Assembly (NCBI GenBank): GCA_965248445.1
Contig: CBDFJG010000001.1
Coordinates: 160,001 to 224,000, forward strand
Length of the DNA stretch: 64,000 nt
Origin: Planctomycetota bacterium
GTDB taxonomy: Bacteria; Planctomycetota; JAJSAM01; JAJVHW01
Direction: 5' to 3'
Shown here: in pieces, positions 19,902 to 29,635 of the stretch
Position numbering within the stretch: position 1 is the stretch's first letter
How the letters are laid out: every line of letters starts with the position of its first letter
Translations under genes and position numbers: made by a program
Notes under the pieces: generated by a model
Databases searched by the model: none
What the model saw: the letters and a program-made list of their open reading frames with translations, nothing else
What the model was told of the DNA's origin: nothing

Positions 19902-22900
19902 GCTCACGGATCGCGCTACCGGTCGCCATCGTCGCCCTCGCCGCGACGGGCCTCGGTGCATGCCTCGGCATCGGACGCTTCATCGACGATCTGCCGCCGC
20001 CGCCCGGCACGATCTGGACCTCGCACGCGCAACTCCCCACCACCAACGACGTGGACGCGGGTCTGATGTCGCAAAGCGCGCAGGTAGCGGACGAGAAGAG
20101 CGTCGGCTGCCTCACCTGCCACGATGGCGTCGAGAAGCCGCACGCATCGCAGATCGTGCGGCTCGGCTGCACGGACTGTCATGGCGGCGACGCCGTAGCG
20201 ACGACGAAGGAGCTTGCGCACATCAGTTCCGGTGACCGGCAGCGGGACAACGCGGCGACGACACCGGCGGACGACAACGCGGATTGGCTACGGCAGAGGT
20301 TCGAGTACGTCCGCTTCGTCAACCCCGGCGACCTGCGCGTGGCGGAGTCGACGTGCGGCCACTGCCACGAACAGCACACGTACAACACGCGCAAGAGCAT
20401 GATGGCGCACGGCGCGATGCTCTGGGGCGCAGCGCTCTACAACAACGGCAGCTTCCCACTCAAGCGTCCGCGGTTCGGCGCAGCGTACGACCGCTACGGA
20501 TTCCCGTCGCGCATCCGCACGGTTCCGCCGCCGACTGACGCCGAGGTGGCCCGCGGCGTGCTCGCATACCTGGATCCGTTGCCTCGCTACAACGTCACGC
20601 AGATGGGGAACGTCCTCCGCGTGTTCGAGCGCGGACAGCGGCGCCCCCTCGAGCTGGCCAACCCCAACGCGGAAGAGGAGGCCGGCCTGCCGGCCCGGCG
20701 CTTCAGCCAGCGAGGACTCGGCACGCTGCTGCGCACGGACCCCGTGTGGCTCGGCCTGCTGAAGACACGCTTGCTCGACCCAATGTTGTGGAAGCCGGGG
20801 ACGAACGATCACCCCGGCGACTACCGCCAGTCCGGATGCACTGCCTGCCACATGGTGTACGCCAACGACCGCGACCCCGCGCACTCCGGCCCCTACGCCG
20901 TGCACGGCAACCGCGGCCGCTACGCGGGCGGCGATCCGACCATCTCCAAGGAGGAGAGCGGGCATCCGATCTCGCATCGCATGACCCGCGCGATCCCGAG
21001 CAGCCAGTGCATGGTCTGCCACATGCACCCCGGCACGAACATGCTCACGACGTACTACGGCGACCTGTGGTGGGACAACGAGACGGACGGCGCGCAGCTC
21101 TACCACGGCGCCGGCCGGGAGCCGGATAGCGCGGAAGTCCACACGATCCAGCAGCGTAATCCGGAGGGCGCCGCCCTGCGCGGCCGCTGGAGCGATCCGG
21201 AGTTCCTCGCCGAGATCACCCGGCTGAACTCGGAACTGCGCAACATGCAGCTGTCCGACTACCACGGGCACGGCTGGCTGTACCGCAAGGTGTGGAAGAA
21301 GAGCCGCAAGGGTGACCTGCTGGACGCCGGTGGCAACGTCATCGACCCCACCGACCCGGAGAAGTGGAAGAAGGCGGTCCACCTGAAGGACATCCATCTC
21401 GAACGCGGGATGCACTGCGTCGACTGCCACTTCACGCAGGACGTGCACGGCGACGGGAAGCTCTACGGGGAGCCCCGAGCGGCGACGGAGATCACCTGCA
21501 TCGACTGCCACGGCACGACGCAGGCGCGCACCAACCTCGTGACGTCCGGGCCGGCCGGGGGAAACGACCTGCGCCAATCGCGGGTGGGCTTCGGCAAGCG
21601 GTTTTTCTACCGCGAGGGGCGGCTCTACCAGCGCTCGCAGCTCGACGACGACCTCCTGTGGATCGTCCCGCAGGTGATCGACTCCGTGGACCCGGCGCTG
21701 GCATCGGCGCAGTACACCGTCCCCGGCCGCCCGGCTCGGCAGATCTACAACGAGCGCGCGCGCTACGCCAAGACGGTGCAGAAGGACGGACGCACGTGGG
21801 GCGATGCATCCGCCGCCGGCTCGTTCGCCCACTCCGACGACGCGATGACCTGCCAGGCGTGCCACACGTCATGGACGACGTCGTGCTTCGGTTGCCACCT
21901 CCCCATGCAGGCGAACACGCGCAAGGACAGCCGGCACTTCGAGGGCGACCAGTCGCGAAACTGGGTCGGCTACAACTTCCAGGTGCTGCGCGACGCGGCG
22001 TACATGCTGGCCGTCGACGGATCCGTTACCGGGAACCGGGTCAGCCCGGCGCGATCGGCGTGTGCCGTCGTGGTCGGCTCGCAGAACCAGAACCGTGAGT
22101 GGATCTACTCGCAGCAGCAGACCGTCAGTGCGGAGGGCTTCAGCGGACACGCATTCTCGACGTACGTCCCCCACACGGTGCGCACGCGCGAGACCAAGCA
22201 GTGCACGGACTGCCACGTCTCCGAGGCCGACGACAACAACGCGATCATGGCGCAGTTGCTCTTACAGGGCACGAACTTCACGAACTTCATGGGCCGCTTC
22301 TGCTACGTGGGTTGCGGTGAGGCGGGCTTCTACGCCGTGGTCGTCTCGGAGCGCGACGAGCCGCAAGCCGTGTACGGGAGCACCCTGCACCGCGACGCGT
22401 TCCCGGATCGCTTCGCGCGCTTCGTCGAGCAGAAGGGGAGAAAGCTCGACGAGGCGTACCACCACGGAGGCACCGACACGCAGTCGCTCCAGCTCCGTGG
22501 CGAGTATCTCTACGCGGCCGAGGGCGCAGGCGGGCTGTACCTGTACGACGTCGCCAACGTGGACAACAAGGGGTTCAGCGAGCGCATCACGACTTCGATC
22601 ATCTCGCCGCTCGGCCAGCGCTTCTTCGTGGAGACGAAAGACGCGCGCTCGGTGGCCAGCCCCTCCACGCTCGCGATCGATCCGACCCGTCCGCAACGTC
22701 CCGAGAACGAGGAGCAGAGCGTCCACCCGCTGTACGCCTTCCTATACGTCGCGGACGCGCAGGAGGGGCTGATCATGGTCGGCGCCGCGTCGCTCCTCGA
22801 CGGCGATCCTGCGAACAACTTCGTAGAGCGCGACGTGGTGTTCAACCCGGACGGCCTGCTCGACGGCGCTCGATACGTGACGGTCACCGGGCAGTGGTGC

Positions 22901-23635
22901 TGGGTGGCCTGCGACCGCGGCCTGGTGCTGCTCGACCTCGGCGCGATCTCGCTGGGCGATCCCGCCCCCCGCGTGGCCGCCACGTTCGAGGACCTGAAGG
23001 GCGTGACCTGCGTGCAGGTGCAGTTCCGGTATGCGTTCGTCACGGATGCCGCCGGGCTGAAGATCCTCGACGTCACGTCGCCGGAGCAGTCCGCGGTCGT
23101 GGCGTCCGTCGCCATCGGGCCATGCAACGACGTTTACGTGGCACGAACGTACGCATACGTCTCCGCGCTCGAGAAAGGGCTCGTGATCGTTGACGTCGAG
23201 CGGCCGAGAGAGCCGGCGGTCGATCAGGTGTTCACGGCCGGCGGCGCGCTGAACGACGTCCGCATGTGCCGCATCGCGATGACGAACGCATCGCTGTTTG
23301 CATACGTCGCGGACGGGAAGAACGGCCTCCGCGTGCTCCAGCTCACCGCGCCCGAAACCGTCCCCCAGTTCGCCGGCTTCTCGCCACGGCCGATGCCGAA
23401 GCTGATCGCGACGTTCGAGACCCCCGCGCCCGCGAAGTCGCTCAGTAAGGCGCTCGACCGCGACCGCGCGGTGGACGAGAGCGGACATCAGATCGCGGTC
23501 TTCGGGCGACTCGGCGCCCGACCTCTGAACGCCGAGGAACAGCGGCGGCTCTACCTTCAGCGTGGCCAGATCTTCACCGTGCGCGACACGCCGCCGGAGA
23601 AGCCGCTGCCGAATCGCCGCCCCGACAGGCGATAG
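19898..23635 (+). CDS. Decaheme c-type cytochrome lipoprotein with C-terminal LVIVD-repeat beta-propeller
   Basis: Lipobox LGAC; 10 CxxCH motifs counted; repeats YLYAAEG.GGLYLYDV, LYVADAQEGL, YAFVTDAAGLKILDV, YAYVSALEKGLVIVDV, AYVADGKNGLRVL. Confidence 0.9.
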   Translation: MSSRIALPVAIVALAATGLGACLGIGRFIDDLPPPPGTIWTSHAQLPTTNDVDAGLMSQSAQVADEKSVGCLTCHDGVEKPHASQIVRLGCTDCHGGDAVATTKELAHISSGDRQRDNAATTPADDNADWLRQRFEYVRFVNPGDLRVAESTCGHCHEQHTYNTRKSMMAHGAMLWGAALYNNGSFPLKRPRFGAAYDRYGFPSRIRTVPPPTDAEVARGVLAYLDPLPRYNVTQMGNVLRVFERGQRRPLELANPNAEEEAGLPARRFSQRGLGTLLRTDPVWLGLLKTRLLDPMLWKPGTNDHPGDYRQSGCTACHMVYANDRDPAHSGPYAVHGNRGRYAGGDPTISKEESGHPISHRMTRAIPSSQCMVCHMHPGTNMLTTYYGDLWWDNETDGAQLYHGAGREPDSAEVHTIQQRNPEGAALRGRWSDPEFLAEITRLNSELRNMQLSDYHGHGWLYRKVWKKSRKGDLLDAGGNVIDPTDPEKWKKAVHLKDIHLERGMHCVDCHFTQDVHGDGKLYGEPRAATEITCIDCHGTTQARTNLVTSGPAGGNDLRQSRVGFGKRFFYREGRLYQRSQLDDDLLWIVPQVIDSVDPALASAQYTVPGRPARQIYNERARYAKTVQKDGRTWGDASAAGSFAHSDDAMTCQACHTSWTTSCFGCHLPMQANTRKDSRHFEGDQSRNWVGYNFQVLRDAAYMLAVDGSVTGNRVSPARSACAVVVGSQNQNREWIYSQQQTVSAEGFSGHAFSTYVPHTVRTRETKQCTDCHVSEADDNNAIMAQLLLQGTNFTNFMGRFCYVGCGEAGFYAVVVSERDEPQAVYGSTLHRDAFPDRFARFVEQKGRKLDEAYHHGGTDTQSLQLRGEYLYAAEGAGGLYLYDVANVDNKGFSERITTSIISPLGQRFFVETKDARSVASPSTLAIDPTRPQRPENEEQSVHPLYAFLYVADAQEGLIMVGAASLLDGDPANNFVERDVVFNPDGLLDGARYVTVTGQWCWVACDRGLVLLDLGAISLGDPAPRVAATFEDLKGVTCVQVQFRYAFVTDAAGLKILDVTSPEQSAVVASVAIGPCNDVYVARTYAYVSALEKGLVIVDVERPREPAVDQVFTAGGALNDVRMCRIAMTNASLFAYVADGKNGLRVLQLTAPETVPQFAGFSPRPMPKLIATFETPAPAKSLSKALDRDRAVDESGHQIAVFGRLGARPLNAEEQRRLYLQRGQIFTVRDTPPEKPLPNRRPDRR

Positions 23636-23745
23636 CTCCTCATCGCACGAGGCTCGCGCATTCCGTCGAGCACGCGGACCAGCGGGGGCCTGAATTCGCC
23701 GGGAACCGTATAGTGACGCTCCGCGTCCCGTACGTGGGAGGAAGC

Positions 23746-25311
23746 ATGCGCACCGCCGTCATCTCCATCGCCCTCTTGTTCGCCGCGGTCCCCGCGACGG
23801 TCGGGTCGCCCCCTGCGGTGTTCGCGGCGCCGGCCGAGCTCGACCGGGCGCGCGCCCTCGTCAAGGAGGCCCAGCCTCACGTTGAGAAGGCGATGAACCC
23901 GGACAACGACGCCGCCACGCGCAAGAAGGGCCGCAAGGCGGCGTACAAGCTGCTCAAGGAAGCGCGCCGCCTCTTCGACACGCATCTCGACTCGAACCCC
24001 GGCCAGACCGGCTCGCTGGACAGCGAGTACTGCTCGATCTCCTCGAACATCTACTGGATCAAGAAGTTCGCGACGCTGAACGAGTTCCGCGGAGCCGACA
24101 AGGACCGTCCGGTCGAGCTTCCCGGCACGAAGAAGGCCGAGGACACCGGCAGCGGGGGCGACGGAATCGGCGGCACGTCCAGCCGGGACGACCCGCCGGC
24201 GAAAAAGCCGCCCGTCGACGATCCCCCGCCGCACGACGACCCGCCACCTCAGCCCCCGACCGAAGACGATCCGCCCGACGAGGGCCCAACCGTCGTGAAG
24301 CCGCCCCCCGAGGATCCGGCAGTGCTGCGCGCACAGGAAGCACGCGACGTCCTCGAGGCAATCGAGGCGGAGGAAGCCAAGCGCCCGGGCGACGTCGCCC
24401 ACGCGCACGCGCTCTACGAGAAGTTCCTGTTCGAGTTCGACGATCCGACTCTTCCGGAGTACCAGAAGGCGGCTCTCAAGCTCGGCGCGCTGACCGATCG
24501 CATGAAGGTCGTGCTCAAAGAGGAGTCCGGCGTCGATCCGGACGACTTCGACGTGAGGGACAGCGCCGAAGTCACGCGCGTCGTCAAGAGTCTCACGAAG
24601 ATGCTGAAGAAGGGCAGCGACGAGGACCGTCGCAAGGCGGCAGAGCTCCTCGGCAAGCTCGGCACCGGCGCCGCCGGCTTCCCCCTCGTGAACGTGCTGC
24701 GGGACAAGGACCCCGAGGTCGCGCGGCTCGCGGCGGACGGGCTCGTCGCCATCGGCGGCCGGCGCGTGGCCGTGAATCTCACGAAGACCTACCGCGGCAA
24801 GAAGCCCGAGGCCGAGATGGCCGCGCTCGACGTGCTACGTCGCATCTGCGCGAAGGGCGACGTCGACGCACGCTCGGTCAGCGAGCAACTCGGCCGCTTC
24901 ATGCTGTCCAACACCTCGAAGGTTGCGGAGGGCGCGCTCGACGCGTTGATCGGACTGGGCGAGGCGGGCGGGCCCGGACTGTTGGAGGCGCTCGAGACGC
25001 GCAACGTCATGAAGCGAGTGGCGATCATGGAGGCACTCGGCCAGATCAAGTACTACAAGTCCGCCACTCAAATGACGCGCTTCCTGCTGCTCGGCGACGC
25101 GCAGAAGACCAGGATGCAGCGCAAGGCCGCGTTCGAGTCAGTGAAGGCCATGGGCAAGCCCGCCATCCCCTACTTGATCCCGGGCCTCAAGGACAAGCGC
25201 ACGAAGGGGTGGACCGCGAGGGCGCTGCGCGAGATCAGCGGCGTGACTCTCTCGTCGCGGCCGCGCGCGTGGCAGAAGTGGTGGGAGGAGAACGGCGGCG
25301 CGGCCGAGTAG
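23746..25311 (+). CDS. Secreted HEAT-repeat protein, paralog 1
   Basis: GGAGG RBS; signal peptide; Pro/Asp-rich linker; HEAT repeats; ends WQKWWEE. Confidence 0.8.
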   Translation: MRTAVISIALLFAAVPATVGSPPAVFAAPAELDRARALVKEAQPHVEKAMNPDNDAATRKKGRKAAYKLLKEARRLFDTHLDSNPGQTGSLDSEYCSISSNIYWIKKFATLNEFRGADKDRPVELPGTKKAEDTGSGGDGIGGTSSRDDPPAKKPPVDDPPPHDDPPPQPPTEDDPPDEGPTVVKPPPEDPAVLRAQEARDVLEAIEAEEAKRPGDVAHAHALYEKFLFEFDDPTLPEYQKAALKLGALTDRMKVVLKEESGVDPDDFDVRDSAEVTRVVKSLTKMLKKGSDEDRRKAAELLGKLGTGAAGFPLVNVLRDKDPEVARLAADGLVAIGGRRVAVNLTKTYRGKKPEAEMAALDVLRRICAKGDVDARSVSEQLGRFMLSNTSKVAEGALDALIGLGEAGGPGLLEALETRNVMKRVAIMEALGQIKYYKSATQMTRFLLLGDAQKTRMQRKAAFESVKAMGKPAIPYLIPGLKDKRTKGWTARALREISGVTLSSRPRAWQKWWEENGGAAE

Positions 25312-25318
25312 CGAGAGC

Positions 25319-26893
25319 ATGATTCACCGCGCCGCGCTGCTTGCCCTCCTACTGCTTCCGGCAGTCACGCTGACGCAGGCCGTCGCACCGCGCACCGTTC
25401 TCGCCGCGCCCGCAGAACTCGATCAGGCGCGCGCGATGGTGAAGCAGGCGCAGCCCCACCTCGAGCTAGCGATGAACCCGGACAACAGTCCGGCCGACCG
25501 CAAGAAGGGACGGAAGGCGGCATACAAGCTGCTCAAGGAAGCCCGCCGGCTGTTCGACACGTACCTGGACGCAAGCCCGGGCCAGACCGATTCGCTCGAC
25601 AGCGAGTACTGCTCGGTCTCCGCGAACCTCTACTGGATCAAGAAGTTCGCCACTCTGAACGAGTTCAGGGGCGGCTCGGACGACCGCGTCGTCGAACTCC
25701 CTCCCGTCAAGAGCACCGGCGCCGGAGAAGACGACGCCGACGACGACGCGGGGGGAATCGGCGGCGCATCCGACACGCCGACGCCGCCGGTCGAGGACGA
25801 CCCGCCGGGCAAGGACGAACCACCCCCCGTCACCGACGAGCCTCCGCCGGCAACCGAGGACGAAGTCGTCGCTCCAGTGCTCGATGCGGAGGCACTACGC
25901 GCAACGCAAGCGCGCGAGGTGTTCGCGGCGCTCCAGCAAGAAGAGGCGCGGCGGCCCGCGGACGTCGCGCACCTGCACGCGCTGTACGAGAAGTTCCTGT
26001 TCGAGTACGACGATCCGACGCTGCCCGAGTACCAGAAGGCGGCGCTGAAGCTCGGCGCCCTGACGGATCGCATGCGCGTGGTGCTCAAGGAAGAGTCCGG
26101 CGTCGATCCCGACGACTTCGACGCGAAGGACAGCGCCGAGGTCACGCGCGTCGTGAAGCGTCTCTCCGACATGCTGCGGAGCAGGGAACAGGAGGACCGC
26201 CGCCGAGCCTCCGCACTGCTGGGCAAGCTGGGCAGCGGCGCCGCGGGCTTCCCGCTGGCGAAGGTGCTGTTCGACAAGGATGAGGTCGTTGCAAAGAACG
26301 CCGCCGACGGACTCGTTGCGATCGGCGGGAAGCGCGTGGCCGAGAACCTGACCAAGCTCTACCACGGCAAGAGCGCGGAACATCAGGCCGCTGCGGTCGA
26401 TGTGCTGAGCCGCATCTGCGCGAAGGGCGACGTCGACGGGCGCTCGGTCGCGCATTGGCTCGGACGCTTCGTGCTCTCGAACGACGACGCCGTCTCGGGT
26501 GCTGCGCTCACGAGTCTCGGTTCGCTCGGCAGAGCCGGAGTCGACGGGCTGCTCGAGGGACTCAAGACGAAGAGCACCGAAAAGCGGGTCGACGTCATCC
26601 GCGCGCTCGGCGACACGGGTTTCGTCCCGGCCACGCGGAAGATCGCGCTCTATCTGTTGCCGGGCAGCACGGAACGCGCTGGGATGCAACGCAACGCGGC
26701 CTTCGAAGCGCTCGACAAGTTCGGACTGCCGGCCGTGCCCTATCTCATCCCGATGCTGAAGGACGGCAAGCGCAAGGTCGAGATCCGCAATGCGCTCACC
26801 CGCCTGACCGGACAGCGCTTCTCCGCCGCCCGCCCCGGTGACTGGCAGAAGTGGTGGAAGCGCGTCGGCAGCAAGCAGGTCGAGTCGAAGTGA
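25319..26893 (+). CDS. Secreted HEAT-repeat protein, paralog 2
   Basis: Collinear with paralog 1, with long identical peptide blocks; ends WQKWWKR. Confidence 0.8.
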   Translation: MIHRAALLALLLLPAVTLTQAVAPRTVLAAPAELDQARAMVKQAQPHLELAMNPDNSPADRKKGRKAAYKLLKEARRLFDTYLDASPGQTDSLDSEYCSVSANLYWIKKFATLNEFRGGSDDRVVELPPVKSTGAGEDDADDDAGGIGGASDTPTPPVEDDPPGKDEPPPVTDEPPPATEDEVVAPVLDAEALRATQAREVFAALQQEEARRPADVAHLHALYEKFLFEYDDPTLPEYQKAALKLGALTDRMRVVLKEESGVDPDDFDAKDSAEVTRVVKRLSDMLRSREQEDRRRASALLGKLGSGAAGFPLAKVLFDKDEVVAKNAADGLVAIGGKRVAENLTKLYHGKSAEHQAAAVDVLSRICAKGDVDGRSVAHWLGRFVLSNDDAVSGAALTSLGSLGRAGVDGLLEGLKTKSTEKRVDVIRALGDTGFVPATRKIALYLLPGSTERAGMQRNAAFEALDKFGLPAVPYLIPMLKDGKRKVEIRNALTRLTGQRFSAARPGDWQKWWKRVGSKQVESK

Positions 26894-26933
26894 ACGGCTC
26901 CGCGGACGCGCTCCGTTGCTCCGATCTCGTCTG

Positions 26934-27857
26934 CTAGGGCCTCGTGCACTCCTGGATCTGCACGTTCTCGTTGAGCGGCGCCTCGCAGAAGGCCGAGTAC
27001 CACGCGAGCGCGTGGATCCGCTCCGCCTCGTCGTCGTCGTGCAGCGTCAACACCACGCGCGCGTCGGTGCCATCGACACCGAGCCTGCGGACATGCTCGT
27101 CGCCGTCTCCGAACTCCAGCTGGAATCCCGTCAGCAGGGGAATGCTCCCTCGCCAGATCCGGTTCAAGGGCACGTCGATCCGCGGACCTGGAACGGGCGC
27201 CAGGAAGTCCGTTCCGGCGATCGTCGCGCGTGTCGTCCAGCTCCTCGGGAAGAGGATGTAACTCAACTCGATGTCGAATCGCTCTGCGCCGTCATCGTCC
27301 TGGCACGCGGCCCTGATGACGCGCGTACCAGATGCCGCATGGCGTCCCCACGGCCGGATCCCGATCTTGCGGAGGTTGTTCTCCCCGTCCGGGAAGTTGA
27401 ACCGGAAGCCGGTGATGACGAAGACGCTGTCGGGTTCGTCGCGAATCGTCAGATCGCACGTCGACGTGCAGCTCGTGCCCGACGCGAACTGCTGCACCCC
27501 GTAGGAGCTGTCCTCGGGCAAGCCGAAGAACACGCGGCTGCCTTCGCTCCAGCGGAAGTACCGCGCGCTCCCCGCCATCCGGTCGCCGCCATCGCCGTCC
27601 TTCAGTTCAAGGTGGAAGGCGTCGCTCCCGCCGCGCCGCGCGCCCACGCCGATGGACCACAGGGGGCGGTCTCCGCCGGCGAAGCTCAGGTCGAAGCTCT
27701 GGAGCAGCGGCACGAACCCGCCGAGTTCGTCGGTCTCACTCCCCGTCGGGGAGTCGACCGTGACCGTGCATCCGCCGGCGCAAGCGCGGGACACAGCGCA
27801 CGCGGGGAGCGCCCCGAGCAGAGCCACGGCGGCGAGCGCCGCGATAGCCCGCGGCAC
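26934..27857 (-). CDS. Secreted/lipoprotein with three internal beta-rich repeats
   Basis: Hydrophobic leader ending LPAC; three L/I-x-(S/G)F-x-(L/F)-x-F-x-x-G(D/E)...IG/LG units. Start could alternatively be ATG 27887 or 27893. Confidence 0.65.
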   Translation of the reverse strand: MPRAIAALAAVALLGALPACAVSRACAGGCTVTVDSPTGSETDELGGFVPLLQSFDLSFAGGDRPLWSIGVGARRGGSDAFHLELKDGDGGDRMAGSARYFRWSEGSRVFFGLPEDSSYGVQQFASGTSCTSTCDLTIRDEPDSVFVITGFRFNFPDGENNLRKIGIRPWGRHAASGTRVIRAACQDDDGAERFDIELSYILFPRSWTTRATIAGTDFLAPVPGPRIDVPLNRIWRGSIPLLTGFQLEFGDGDEHVRRLGVDGTDARVVLTLHDDDEAERIHALAWYSAFCEAPLNENVQIQECTRP

Positions 27858-27916
27858 ACGAATCTTCCGACGTCTCGACGATCCCATGCCCATTCAGTCT
27901 AGCCAGATCGGCTGTC

Positions 27917-28408
27917 TCATGTCGCGCAGCAGACGATCGGGCCGCCGGCAAGCTCCTCGATCAGTTCGCCCACTACGGTTCCGCGGGCCAGGTGATGTGC
28001 GTAGTGCAGGTGTAGGCACTTGACGTTCGCGCGGCTCTGCGTCCCGCCGATGCCGCGGTCCCGGAGCACGTACAGGAAGTTGCTTCCCTCGACGAGCGCG
28101 CGCTCGTCTTCCGACAGCCGCGACCAGCGCTCCGCGACGTACGCGTCGTGGTCGGCACCGAACCGCGCGGCCAGCGCTGGATCATCGCGCAGACGCATCT
28201 CGAGGCGCTCGATCGCGCCGTCCCCCTCGAGCACCGAGAGTGCGCGGTGCGTCTCGTCGCACGCGAGCCAGAAGAGGGTCGGGAACGGCTCCGCACGCGG
28301 ACCGTCCGTGCGGAGCGGATGGCAGATCAGGACACGAGGATGGCCCGCCGCGCAGCGATCTAGCACCTCCGTTCGGATGCCGTCCACCGTGCGCGACGGG
28401 CCACGCAT
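27917..28408 (-). CDS. DUF501 family protein
   Basis: PFPTLFWLAC, GIGG, VKCLHLHYAHHLA motifs. Confidence 0.85.
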   Translation of the reverse strand: MRGPSRTVDGIRTEVLDRCAAGHPRVLICHPLRTDGPRAEPFPTLFWLACDETHRALSVLEGDGAIERLEMRLRDDPALAARFGADHDAYVAERWSRLSEDERALVEGSNFLYVLRDRGIGGTQSRANVKCLHLHYAHHLARGTVVGELIEELAGGPIVCCAT

Positions 28409-28428
28409 GGGCTCTGTTCGCCCGGCGG

Positions 28429-28740
28429 TTAGTTGGGGCCGCCGTCCTTACCGGGCGCGGTCGACTCGTCGCACTCTTCCCACTCGATCGAGCAATCGCT
28501 CGGCCCGTCACACTCGGCAGCTTCGGAGCACTCGGCCGCTTCGGAGCACTCGGAGGCCGCTTCGCCGATCGCTTCCGCAGCGACGTCGCCGATCACGCCG
28601 TCCGTCGCGACGTCGAGATCGAGAGTGCAGTCGGTGCACTCACTCTGCTTCACCTGCACGGAGACCGTGGGCTTGTCGAACAGCTCACACTCGGTGAGGG
28701 CGAGACACGAGAATACGGCGGCGAGGATGAACGAACGCAT
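28429..28740 (-). CDS. Small exported acidic Cys-rich peptide
   Basis: AGGAG RBS; hydrophobic N-terminus; 103 aa with 9 Cys; ECSEAA tandem repeat of 18-bp units. Confidence 0.65.
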   Translation of the reverse strand: MRSFILAAVFSCLALTECELFDKPTVSVQVKQSECTDCTLDLDVATDGVIGDVAAEAIGEAASECSEAAECSEAAECDGPSDCSIEWEECDESTAPGKDGGPN

Positions 28741-28832
28741 GGGCACTCCTGTAGCGGTGGTGGTCTGTTGGCGAGAGGCGCGCCGGTATCCGGGCGCCGC
28801 TCCGCGGGAGCATATCACCCGCGCGCTCGCTG

Positions 28833-29612
28833 TCACCCCTCCTGGCGGGGGTAGCGCTTGCGAGCCTCACGTAGCTGGGAAAGCCCGAACTCCGCGTCGT
28901 CCTTCTTCTCGGCGTCCTCGGACATCCGCTCGAACGCCGAGCAGGCTGCCTCGAAGCGGCTCGCGCTGCCGCCCTCGCCGAGCACGTCCTCGGAGATCCC
29001 CAGATAGCCCTCGCCGAGCGCCGTGGCGAAGTCCTCGTCATTGGGGACCTCTCGCTCCTCCCGCTCGGTCGCGGCCGCGCGGGCCTGCTCCAGCGACAGC
29101 GCGAACGCCTCCCGCGACCCCGAGAGATCCCCCAGAGACAAGCGGTGCATACCGAGCGCCCAGTTCGCCATGCTCTTCGGACCGGGTCCCTTCTCGAGCT
29201 CATCCCTCCAGCGAACGCAGTCCTCGGCCGCGCGCAGTCCCGCCTCGAGGTGGCGGCGCTCGCGCGGGAAGGGATCATCCGGCCAGCAGTCGGCCAGAGA
29301 CGCGGAGAGGTTGTAGGAGAGGACGTTCGCGAAGTCCTTGCGGCGGGCCGCGACCTCGGCATCGACCTCGTCGGACGCCTCGCGCAGTCCCTCGCGGATG
29401 CCGGAGCCGGCGATTGCGATCAGAGCGTCGAGGTTCTTGCCCTCCCACTCGTTGTGGGCGAACGCAGACGCCGCGAACAGGTAGAGCTTGCGGCGCTTGA
29501 GGAGGTCCTCGTGGGCCTCGATGTGCGCGACGACCGTGTCGGTGCCGTCGCTCTCCATCAGTGCCTTGAGCTCGTCCCAGCGGTCGTAGGGAAACTCGGT
29601 CTTGTCGGGCAT
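28833..29612 (-). CDS. Hypothetical all-helical (TPR-like) protein
   Basis: 259-aa ORF with TPR-like WALG...GD...FALSLE helices; GACAAT 6 nt before the ATG. Confidence 0.7.
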   Translation of the reverse strand: MPDKTEFPYDRWDELKALMESDGTDTVVAHIEAHEDLLKRRKLYLFAASAFAHNEWEGKNLDALIAIAGSGIREGLREASDEVDAEVAARRKDFANVLSYNLSASLADCWPDDPFPRERRHLEAGLRAAEDCVRWRDELEKGPGPKSMANWALGMHRLSLGDLSGSREAFALSLEQARAAATEREEREVPNDEDFATALGEGYLGISEDVLGEGGSASRFEAACSAFERMSEDAEKKDDAEFGLSQLREARKRYPRQEG

Positions 29613-29635
29613 GGGTGGATTGTCTCAGGGACCGG

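Noticed and set aside
17679..19961. 760-aa minus-strand ORF (and similar long ORFs such as 2836-4590, 20288-21865 and 53520-55805)
   Set aside because: Shadow or off-frame ORFs overlapping well-supported genes; Arg/Gly/Ala-rich with no motifs, as expected at high GC.
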